This document shows, in pieces, positions 1 through 10,390 of a DNA stretch of 64,000 bases. The position numbers were made by a program, and so were the translations under genes. A model generated the notes under the pieces. That model saw only the letters and a list, made by a program, of their open reading frames with translations. It was not told the DNA's origin and did no database searches. This stretch comes from Utricularia gibba (Eukaryota; Plantae; Magnoliophyta), in assembly GCA_002189035.1 (NCBI GenBank), contig CM007992.1, forward strand, positions 3,100,001 through 3,164,000, written 5' to 3'. How positions within the stretch are numbered: the first letter of the stretch is position 1; each line of letters opens with the position of its first letter.

Positions 1-2198
1 GCAGACTAAGTATACAGAAACAGAGCGGTGATGAAAAGAGATGCTTACCAGTATCAGGAAATCATTCCACGAATATACAGCTAAACCAAAATTCTCAAAT
101 TCCTCCTTATTTTGAGAACTAACTTCTCCAAAGCAAACAATTGCTGCAGGTTATGTCACATAAATCCGAAGTTTTAGCACATTAGATAAATTATCCGAAT
201 CAGAATCAATGAAAGCACGTACTTTTCAAACACTTTGCGGCACCAGGAAGTGTTTTTAGAAGCTATAAGTACAAGACCAGGTGTCAGCATATGTCACATT
301 ATCATCAAAGCAGATAACAAAATCAGGAATGCACATATACTAAAAAGCATCATGTAAAAATTTGACGATAGCAATTAAATAACCTCTGGTATCTTTTTTC
401 CTTCTACAAAAGCTATTTCAACTTCCGCATGGCATATGATGAATTCTACAGCACCAGCGCCTGATCAAGTAAAAAGTGAAGCTATTTTCAGGTACCACAC
501 AAAATCATCCAGCATGCATCAACACTGCAGACTTGTGACAACGCCTTTTCAGCAGCATGCATCCAGCAACATATAAAATGAAGGATGAGAGGTGAGATCT
601 ATGGTGTTTTCAGTGAATAAATGTTTAGTTTATCTGTGTATATAGCCTCTGGCTACAGCTGTTTCATTATATGACTTTTCAGTCGATCAAAAAAAGAAAA
701 AGGCATGGAGGATGAGAAGAAAACATACCCAATGTGTCGTACAAGGGGACACAATATAGCCCATGTGCATTACATGCCTGAATCAATTATAAAACATGAT
801 GAGTTATGATTGACTATGCATATGGATATGTCTTCAATGGAGGACTGCTAGAGTTTTCTTTGTTAGGAACACATAGCATTTAAGATTACCAAAAGAAACT
901 CATGGATCAGAATACCTCCATGCTGATAACCCACTCTGTGGAATTAGCACCATAGATTCCACACCGTCCTCCCTGAGCATCATCAATAAAATGAGAGAAA
1001 ATAGTGAATGGTCGCAGAACCAGCTATAACAGTGCCCAAATACAAAAGAAGAATTTGATTACATATAGGATCACAGTAAGTAGCGCCATGTATGAAAATA
1101 TTACAAAGATATAAGTATGATCCAAACAGATTTGCATGAAGATTCCAAAAAAGATCCGTCTTATTACACAATTCAAAAAGAGAACCAGAGAAAACGCAAA
1201 GCCAAATTCCTAGAAAAGATCTGAAGGGAAAACCTTTTCAAGGCCACAGCTCCGGATAGAATTGCCGACTTTGAGCACTATATCATACACTTCTCCGTAA
1301 GTCTTCCACACATACTTTCCAGGCTGGTAACGCGATCAACATGCAAGGGAAATTTTATTCAAATAAGTCAATAGAAGCAAGACCTCAGCAAATAAATATT
1401 ATCAAGTACCTTCCCATCTATAACTTCACGGTGACCAAGCATCTTATTGTGGGGATATTTCTCTACAGACAAACTGCAGGAGGAACTCATATAGCAACTT
1501 AAGAAATGCCATGGACTGAGAATATAAACATCTAAATTCAACGCATGCAACAGCATATGACCTTGATCATAAACAGCTCAGACGTCCCTCAAGCTCATAA
1601 AGGTGGCAAATTTGCTTTCTACTAGAAAAGATACTCATAGAAGTACCCCATGCTTTTCGCACTAAACACACTCTACAGCGTGCTAATTTAACTCATACAC
1701 GCCTAAAATATCACAAAAAAAAAAAAAAACAGAATTGAGAACCCAATATGACTATTCCAGCGTGCAGAGCCATTCAGGTCCCCTGACTTTGAAACAACGT
1801 GGGTTACGCTTTGAAAGCAAAAAAGATTTTCTCTTTTTTTTCTTTATTGACAAAAAGCGCCACATATTTGTCAGTGATGGGAACGTCCCCATCCTCCGAA
1901 CCAGCGCACCAAAAGAAAAGAAAAGGAAAACAGGAAAATCGCCCAACGAGAAGATCGCGAGCAACGGAAACTCAATTAGCACCAAACCAGTAAAAAGCAA
2001 GTGCCACAAATTGTACAGCATATTCACAGAAAAATAAGGATCGGACCGGAAAATGTCCCAGCAGCTCTCCAGTCCAGGAGCCGGCGCCGGAAAACCATTC
2101 TTAGCAAAAATGCTTCTGTAAACCGGTCCAATGGACGGCCTACCCTCCGCCGCCGGCTTCGCAGGCTCCACCTCCACAACGAACTTCTCCCCCGCCAT
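1..2198 (-). CDS. LACS4: Long-chain acyl-CoA synthetase (LACS4/5-like), 5' part; exons approx. 2198-2047, 1473-1410, 1324-1234, 972-916, 777-729, 460-382, 263-222, 143-48; continues off the left edge
   Basis: N-terminus MAGEKFVVEVEPAKPAAEGRPSIGPVYRS; later exons read PGKYVWKTYGEVYD, GGRCGIYGANSTEWVISME, ACNAHGLYCVPLYDTLG, AGAVEFIICHAEVEIAFV, all with GT-AG boundaries in phase. Confidence 0.93.
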
Positions 2199-3628
2199 CT
2201 CCGATCACACACTAATCCTCCAGCTTCTCCGGTGGAGTGTGATTGGGATCAGATTCAGGAATTCGTGGATTTGACTAAATAAGGAGCAGTTGCAATGACG
2301 CGTAGCGGACGGACGGACCTTTCTATCTGTTGGCCAAAAATAAAATAAAATAAAATAAGGCCTTGACTTTGACATTTTCAATAGTTTACTTTTCGCTTTA
2401 TTTTTCGTTCATTTAGGAATTAGGGTTTAACATTCTCCTGAATCCATCAGTCTTGGAGAATGTTTATATTGAAAAAAATAATATTTAATATTTAAAATTC
2501 ACTATCTTTTTAAAATATATATTAAAAAATTGTTGTACTATTTATATTCTATAACATGGTTTTCGTCTTATAATATAATTGTGTACCATTATTATTATAT
2601 TATATTATATTATATGTTAATATGGAGTATTGGACCATTTGAAAGATTGGATATCAATTCAATTCTCTATTCAATATTAGTAGGATTGACAAAAGTCTAT
2701 GGTGGCTTGGTAAAAAAATAATATTATTTAAATTATTTGAATTTAAATAAATAGTATAAAAATATTTATTTATAATGGTATGTTTGATAGATGATTTGCC
2801 ATTATTTGAATTTATAAAAAATATGCACTTAGTATAATTATTTAGAAATAAAAATTTATATATAAACCATGAAATATTTAGTCTTTTTTTGAAATAACAG
2901 CCAGCTTTATTATTAAATACGAATGAATTTAATTCTAAAAAATTTAGATATTTAGAAGTATTTTTTATTTTTTTAAAAGCTAAAAAGCTCTAATTTCTAA
3001 TTTTTCAAAAATATTTATTATTCAATACATTATATAAAACAAATGTTAAAAACCCGTATTTTTGAAAATCTAACATATCAAAAATACATTTTGATTTCTA
3101 AACCTATATGTATAATAAACATGATCTATGCACACACTTAATTTAAAGCATATATTACAATAAAATTCGATATTTGACAACTACCAACATGATTTCCTGG
3201 CATAATGACAACACATCCATCCTTAAATTTTGGATTCTTTTTGTATTGTATTTGTTTTTTTATATTATTAAATCAGAAAGGTAAAGAAGTACAAGTTGTT
3301 TTATTTATTATTTCTTTGATTAATCTGTATGGCTTCAAAGTCAAATGTAAGAATGCGAGCATACACACATTGGGTATTTTGGATAACTTTTGTTATATTT
3401 TAAAATTATAACTATAAAAATTATTTTTTAAAAAGTAAATAATTATTTATTTTTAACTTTTATTTTTACTTTTTAAAAATAATTTTAAAAAGTAAAAATA
3501 TGTTTTAAAAATTTTAGATAACAGTAATTTAGTTTTCAAATGAGTAGAAGAGCGGATGATTCCTTTCCAAAAGACCCATCGAGATGGCGGGAAGAGGATG
3601 CGCCCCCTTCATCTGGTTCTGGTAATCC

Positions 3629-4815
3629 CCTTCTTCTTGCCTTTCACATGCTTCCCCAACCTCCTGATCCTACGGCGAAGAGGGAGCGCAGGTACGCCAA
3701 AGAACTTCTTCTTCTTGCCTTTCACATGCTTCCCCAACCTCCTGATCCTACGGCGAAGAGGGAGCGCAGGTACGCCAAAGAACTTCTTCTTCTTGCCTTT
3801 CACATGCTTCCCCAACCTCCTGATCCTACGGCGAAGAGGGAGCGCAGGTACGCCAAAGAACTTCTTCTTCTTGCCTTTCACATGCTTCCCCCCTCCTGAT
3901 CCTACGGCGAAGAGGGAGCGCAGGTACGCCAAAGAACTTCTTCTTCTTGCCTTTCACATGCTTCCCCAACCTCCTGATCCTACGGCGAAGAGGGAGCGCA
4001 GGTACGCCAAAGAACTTCTTCTTCTTGCCTTTCACATGCTTCCCCAACCTCCTGATCCTACGGCGAAGAGGGAGCGCAGGTACGCCAAAGAACTTCTTCT
4101 TCTTGCCTTTCACATGCTTCCCCAACCTCCTGATCCTACGGCGAAGAGGGAGCGCAGGTACGCCAAAGAACTTCTTCTTCTTGCCTTTCACATGCTTCCC
4201 CAACCTCCTGATCCTACGGCGAAGAGGGAGCGCAGGTACGCCAAAGAACTTCTTCTTCTTGCCTCCTGATCCTACACATGCTTCCCCAACCTCCTGATCC
4301 TACGGCGAAGAGGGAGCGCAGGTACGCCAAAGAACTTCTTCTTCTTGCCTTTCACATGCTTCCCCAACCTCCTGATCCTACGGCGAAGAGGGAGCGCAGG
4401 TACGCCAAAGAACTTCTTCTTCTTGCCTTTCACATGCTTCCCCAACCTCCTGATCCTACGGCGAAGAGGGAGCGCAGGTACGCCAAAGAACTTCTTCTTC
4501 TTGCCTTTCACATGCTTCCCCAACCTCCTGATCCTACGGCGAAGAGGGAGCGCAGGTACGCCAAAGAACTTCTTCTTCTTGCCTTTCACATGCTTCCCCA
4601 ACCTCCTGATCCTACGGCGAAGAGGGAGCGCAGGTACGCCAAAGAACTTCTTCTTCTTGCCTTTCACATGCTTCCCCAACCTCCTGATCCTACGGCGAAG
4701 AGGGAGCGCAGGTACGCCAAAGAACTTCTTCTTCTTGCCTTTCACATGTTTCCCCAATCTCCTGATCCTACGGCGCAGAAGGGGCACCGGAATGATAGGT
4801 ATTCCAAAGAACTTC
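3629..4815. repeat. 78-bp minisatellite, 15 units, derived from the OXA1 terminal exon
   Basis: Anchor ctttcacatg (or its altered equivalent) at 3641, 3719, 3797, 3875, 3951, 4029, 4107, 4185, (4271), 4349, 4427, 4505, 4583, 4661, 4739; one -2 unit (~3890) and one +8 unit (~4265); minus-strand translation RRRIRRLGKHVKGKKKKFFGVPALPL. Confidence 0.97.
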
Positions 4816-5373
4816 TTGAAGGCAGGCTTCCTCGCAGCTCAATCGAAAGAGTCGGTTCTGGGTTGTAAGAACAGGTCAGGACACTCAAGGATCAAAATGA
4901 GGATGGAGGGAGGCAACAGTTACCATATCCAAATGCGACTGAGAAGAGGTTGAAGGGAACCCATAAGCAGAAAATCGCCTGCAGGGAGAGCAGAGGATGC
5001 TTCAGTGTGAAAAGTAACCATAGTAAGTGTAAAATTTTATTTTTACTGTATGAATAAAATGTTATGATGGTTATTTTTCAAAACAATCCAAAGTGGGTGA
5101 TTTGAAAAGTAATCATTTTAAATGTAAAATTTAGTTCTTATTTTGTGAGAGATAATGTGAAGAAGATTACTTTTCAAAGTAACCGTAAATAAATTGAGTA
5201 GAACAAATGGGAGTCACCTTTGGTAAACCTATAGTTAGTGGGACGGTAAGAGCAGCAAATACTCTTTGAGATCATCATGACACGATCAGCAGTGGGATTT
5301 CCTTTTAGACCCTCCAGAAGATTCAACTCAAAGAGGCCACCGGCCAAATATGACATCAGTTGAAACCAGAAGA

Positions 5374-5648
5374 TATAAGATCATATTCAGTGGTTTTCCG
5401 AAAACTACTATTATTTTTACACTAATGAATAATTTGGGGAAATCTCATTTTATGGAAACAAAAAAAAAAAACAAAATCTCGTTTTCTTGTGGAAAATATA
5501 ATTTTGTAAATAAACTTCACTTCATATATTTTCTATAATTTTTCTATTCATTTTCAGAAATTAATTAATTAAATTAGAAAACTTTGTAAAGAAAATTTAA
5601 TTAAAAAAACACACATCATCATTTCTGAAAATCAATAAAAATGTTCTT
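5374..5648. mobile_element. Possible Mutator-like MITE in intron 6 of the OXA1 pseudogene
   Basis: ~275 bp AT-rich segment absent from the paralogous intron (11040-11130); flanked by 9-bp accagaaga (5365-5373, 5649-5657); imperfect ~30-bp TIRs aagatcatattcagtggttttccgaaa / revcomp aagaacatttttattgattttcagaaa, with the left TIR offset 3 nt. Confidence 0.45.
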
Positions 5649-8345
5649 ACCAGAAGACGTGGAGTAAAGAGATAAAATGGGTACCTCAACTGCGATCAGA
5701 GATGTCAATGCTGTCAAAACCGGAAAAATGCACAAGCTATCTGGTGTTGTCAAATCGGTGAACCATAAAATGCCACCCTCTTTGAAAGATGGCATCTTTT
5801 CAGCCATAGTTCTTACCTGAGGCGATTCAGCAAAATGGACGGCTCCATTGGTACAAGAAACATTTTCAAAGCAGAAAGTGTCAAAGGAAGGGACATGTGA
5901 TCTTACTGCAAAGAAGAGACTGGAAATAATGAGACCTGACACCAGCATTCCTTTGGAAGGGGCCAAAGGAGATACACCGTGCCTGCAGCATAATTACCAC
6001 AAACCAAAAATACTAAACATTCAAAGTGCATTTGGGATTAAAACAATTATGAAGCAGGCCATGCCAAGTACTCGGCAGCACTTTTTTGATCAGCAAATAG
6101 CAAGAATGAATATGATAGATACTGTTTAAAAAGAGCTTTCTGTTGCGCCTGGCGTTCATCCATGCCAATATCCTGCTAAACAACCAGCTGGTATGAAAAT
6201 CAGGAGTCTGAGCCAACAGCATGAATATTCGAGGCCGTACAGGAATCACAAGCAAAAAATGGCCATATCGCATAAATTATGAGGCAGCCTAAAAAAGGAC
6301 AGCATACACTATACAGCCAATTAAGCCTACTGTCCGCATGGAGAGAAAGAAGTGCAAGAATCCTACCTTGATCTCCCAGTCTTTTTGTAGTTTTTCCAGG
6401 TCTAATCTCATAAGCTGTCAAACAAAAACAGGCAATTACGAGCAGAAAAAAAAAAAAAAAACAGCAAAGAAGTGGTACAGTTCTTCTCCAATTTTCAGCA
6501 TATGAATAGAGTTATCTAGAAGTATGAATTTCAAAATATTCGTTTGAAGCCAGAATCTAGAGAATACATCTAAAAATGATGCCTAGAAACTGGTCTGAAC
6601 AGGACTTACAATTGATTTTGAAGTGACTTTTAGCATATGTATCGAGATTGGAAGTTGAAGTAGGCGAATAAAGATAGTTGTCAGAGCAACAGCTGCTCAC
6701 CTGAACATACACATACGATTGCTTACACTGCTAATCCATGAGCATTTTTTAAGCTCAGAAACAAAAAAGAAGAAGAATAACAAGGAGTAGATTGAAAACA
6801 TAAATACATCAAAACAACCCCCTAACATGTAGTGCCGTTAACATTATCATGAACTGAAGATACAAGGCTTTTTAAAGGTTGATTCGGACCCCTAATTGGC
6901 CAGCTTCTCAGTTTTTCAAAAAAGCAAGTTTAACCAGCGCTCAACATGTCTTTAAAAATATTAAAATTGCAATTGAATACGGCCCAAAGTGGCCCAGCAG
7001 TGGTCTTTAACAATAATGAAAAATGTAGAGCCTAAACATAAGCTAGTCTAAGAAAAGTTCAAACCAAAGATTGAAGCAAAAAACTTTCTTGAAAAAAACA
7101 GCCCAGAAATCCATATTTAGATTGTATGTTCATGCTGAAAATTGAAAAATGAACCCACCAATTGAGCCCTGCATAAACGTGAACATAATCAATCAAGTAT
7201 TGAACCGCTGCCACAGGAAAATATGAATCAGCTGCAGAAACCGCCACCTCATTCACCAACGGAGCTGCCTGTGCAGCCAACTCCGTACCCTTATATTCCA
7301 AAACATTTGCCACTTCACTCAAAACAGGAAGATCTCCAGAAGCTTCAGAAACACTCCCGCTTGAGAAATTTCTATGAAAAACAAGTCCTGACCCTAATGA
7401 GTAGGGGGATTCCCGTATCTTGAAAGAAGCTTCTAGCTCTGTGAGTGACACCAAAACTATTTATTGATCCAAATGCACTTCTATGAAGATACTGAAACGT
7501 TTCAGGATTCCTGGAAATGGGATGTCTATGCAATTCTTCGTGATCATGGCTTTCCCGGTGAAGATGAGACAAGTATGCGCCAGCCTGATGACCCTGCTGG
7601 TAGAGTAGTTTCGCTCGACAAGTAATGCTTCTTCTATACGCCATTTACTTTATCCCCTACACATGCACGAATGGAATACGAAGAAAAACGGATTACAAAT
7701 ATTTCAGTGAGGAGATTAGAAATCTCCGATGAGAATAGCAGTCATCCAACATGAAAAGCTTAGAAACTAATCCACCACAAAAAAATGCAAACATCACACA
7801 GGGTATGGACACAAGATTTCCAAGGCTTCTGTGTTCGAGAGATCCAAATTTGCATCCAGGATGCTTATTAACAAAATTCAAAAGACTTTTATCTAAAAAA
7901 GTCACATTTTTTAGCAGTTTAGAGATCAGAATCATATTTTTAATTAGAATACTTAGGATCATCAAATGTTCCAAATCGTAATTCAAGTTCATCCAAAATC
8001 AGCATTAAATGTAAAGAACTGTGATTGGAAAAGCAAGAACCAAATAACCCCAACTTCTCTGTCATATCCACCATCGCCAAACCCTTACCAGCATTCCGAC
8101 AAAGTCACAAAAGTAAATCCCAAAAACCACACGAATGCTCTCAAAAACCCCAATTTCCAAACTACCCAGATAGTTATCTCCAATATTGAATAAAAACATC
8201 GAAAGGGAGTCCCCCTCGTTCTAACCTTCTCCTGGGTGGGATGTTTGTGACTGAAGAATCTTCCCTGAAGCCACCAACGGTTTCCCTTTATAGGATCCAT
8301 TTCCCAAAATCTTATTAAATATTAAGGTCATAGCATGTCAACAAA

Positions 8346-8405
8346 GGGGTGTGTCGCGCTCGCTTCGCATGCGAGAGGCATGGGGTTCCGTTCCCTGCAC
8401 CTCCA
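8346..8405 (+). pseudogene. Degenerate tRNA-Ala(CGC) copy
   Basis: Matches 13792-13864 but the D-arm/A-box is deleted, the B-box reads GGTTCCGTTCC, and the T-run terminator is shortened to ctttc. Confidence 0.9.
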
Positions 8406-8868
8406 CTTTCTGTTGGGCTCTGTAATTCTGTTCTTCTCAAATCTCACGTGCTAGAGAGTAGAGAAGCTATGCTCAACTCAGATCACGTCCTGCTGCACTC
8501 ACTTTTTCTCGTTTAGATCAGCTCTTCTCACTTTGGGATTCACCTCGATGCTTATAAGCTCACCCGTTTTCTCTGACGCATGTCTAGACAGATTGAACCA
8601 GAGTCGCCAACTCAGGTATGGGAATGCCTCCATGAGTTGAATAAAAAGAGAGATGGTATTTTTTCACAGATAGGAGTGGATGATTTTAGGTGCATTGTAT
8701 GCAGAAAAGAGCAATTCTGTGAACATATATACAAGGCCCTTAATCTTATATCAAATGCTATGTGCATATCACATTCACATTCCAAAACGTTTCAGGGAAA
8801 ATACTATGGGGATATAAAACTTTCAGCGGCAGAGAATAGATGTATATAGATCGAGGAAACGGAGGTCA

Positions 8869-9582
8869 TCAAGCTTGTGGAGCTGGAGTGCTTTCATTAG
8901 CAGCTTCAGGATATCATGTTCTGGGGCGGTCGAGGAGGCTTTGTAAGTGCTGCACCAGCCTTCCTTTGCCCTGCTGATGATGCTCTTTCCCTCCACCTTC
9001 GTCCATCCTGATGGATAACCAAGCACAAAGAAGAGTTCAAGCAGAATCATTTACAAAAACTCCACTGATGATGAACATCGGGTTTAAAGAGGGAATTCCA
9101 AGGTAGCTTGCAGGTGATTCAGGTACCAATCTACCATGCAAACTAAGGTGGGAACAAGCATCATAAGCACTTATATTGAGAATAGAAGAATCTGGGGATG
9201 GACATTGGATAGGTTGATCATTGTCAAGAGGCTCACTTGGGCGCTTAACAGGCTTAAATTCGGCAGCAACTTCGATTCCACGAGGAGATGCAGATTGTGC
9301 TACGCCCTCGCTACGGTTCGACTGTGAGCCAGAAGGCAACCCTTTTCTTTCAATCTGCAATTCCAAGAGATACAACACCAAAAATAAATAAATCCCTGAA
9401 ACCAGATCAAAAGCTGGAGATAAACCCAGGCAGATTGGTCCTTCATCTAATCAAATCAAATTCACAGCGAGATCACCAACAAGGAATTCCCAATACAACA
9501 CAAAATAACCAGAAATGATCATGGAACCAATAAATATATAAAACAGAATGATGGGGAAGTTGGGTTACGAGCGCGCTCTGAG
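8869..9582 (-). pseudogene. Pseudogene copy of the small uncharacterised gene at 14281-15199
   Basis: Start codon and most of exon 1 replaced at 9582; exon-2 donor GT>AT (~9174); ~30-bp deletion in exon 3 (~8926). Confidence 0.88.
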
Positions 9583-9630
9583 TTTGAAGCTTACTGCCGA
9601 CTTGATGGACAGGGGAGTCACTCCATTCAA
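9578..9630 (+). other. 53-bp fragment of UGT85 exon 1 captured at the duplication junction
   Basis: 52/53 identical to 21131-21183. Confidence 0.9.
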
Positions 9631-9643
9631 GAATAGGCAGATT

Positions 9644-10020
9644 CCCCTACACATGCACTAATGGAACACGCAGAGAAACAGATTACCAAGATTGCTGGTA
9701 GAGTAGTTTCGCTCGACAAGTAATGCTTCTTCTATACGCCATTTACTTCATCCCCTACACATGCACGAATGGAACACGCAGAAAAACAGATTACAAATAT
9801 TTCAGTGAGGAGATTAGAAATCCCCGATGAGAATAGCAGCCATTCAACATGAAAAGCTTAGAAACTAATCCACCACAAAAAAATGCAAAATCATGCAGGG
9901 TATGGCCACAAGATTTCCAAGGCTTCTGTGTGTCGAAAGACCCAAATTTGCAACCAGGATGCTTATTACCAAGAATCAAAAGACTTTCATAAAAAAAAGT
10001 CACATTTTTTACTGCTATTT
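9644..10020 (-). pseudogene. OXA1: Third, 5'-only OXA1 fragment (upstream/5'UTR region plus first 17 codons)
   Basis: ATG at 9742 reads MAYRRSITCRAKLLYQQ then SW*; upstream sequence matches 13028-13290; 44-bp local duplication 9644-9687 vs 9752-9795. Confidence 0.85.
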
Positions 10021-10390
10021 GTAATAATAAACCTGATCTAATGTACAGACTTAATTTAAAGCATAGATTATAATAAAATTCGACATTCAGCATCTACATA
10101 CATTATTTAGTGACATAATGAGAACACATCGGTCCTTAATTTTGGATTTTTTTGTATTATATTTGTTTCTTTATTGTTATAAAATCAGGAAGGTGAGAGA
10201 GAAGTCCAAGTTCTTTTGTTTATTGTTTCTTTGATTGATCTGTGTGGCTTCAAAGTCAAATGTAAGAATGCGACCGTAATCACATCCTAAAGCAATAACA
10301 CAGGCCTATTCCTTGCTCCTTTTTTTTTTTTATGGAAATCCAAAAAAAGAACACCACCTGCTTGGGATGGCGGGAAGAGGATGTGCCCCC

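Larger units (their letters stand above)
3609..7644 (-). pseudogene. OXA1: OXA1-like (Oxa1/YidC/Alb3 insertase) pseudogene, left copy
   Basis: Nine exons homologous to 10391-13027; +1 frameshift in exon 1 (C-run, 7404-7408), TGG>TGA in exon 2 (6699-6697), +1 frameshift in exon 7 (~5265), GAG instead of CAG acceptors at exons 7 and 9; native end KGKKKGITRTR* at 3609. Confidence 0.92.
3120..9580. repeat. Left copy of tandem segmental duplication (OXA1 + tRNA-Ala + small gene), paralogous to ~10040-15150
   Basis: Colinear similarity of exons, introns and flanks (e.g. 3121-3360 vs 10040-10275; 7640-8230 vs 13020-13600; 8400-9580 vs 13860-15150). Confidence 0.95.

Noticed and set aside
3609-4271. 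Full read-through of all 15 units to the native OXA1 stop
   Set aside because: Although the +8 and -2 indels restore the frame, the TAG at 4272 and stops in the shifted middle block prevent a continuous ORF, and upstream exons are already broken
3629-4815. CRISPR-like appearance of the regular repeat array
   Set aside because: Units are contiguous with no unique spacers, derive from an OXA1 exon, and the context is a eukaryotic nuclear genome without cas genes
3540-4953. Long plus-strand ORFs (LLLLAFHMLPQPPDPTAKRERRYAKE and FFFLPFTCFPNLLILRRRGSAGTPKN repeats) as novel genes
   Set aside because: A stop-free 78-bp unit automatically gives long ORFs; these are antisense shadows of the OXA1 tail with no independent support
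5011-5184. ~170-bp intron insertion with aaagtaacc direct repeats as a transposon with TSD
   Set aside because: The paralogous empty site lacks that motif and no TIRs are evident; recorded only as an indel
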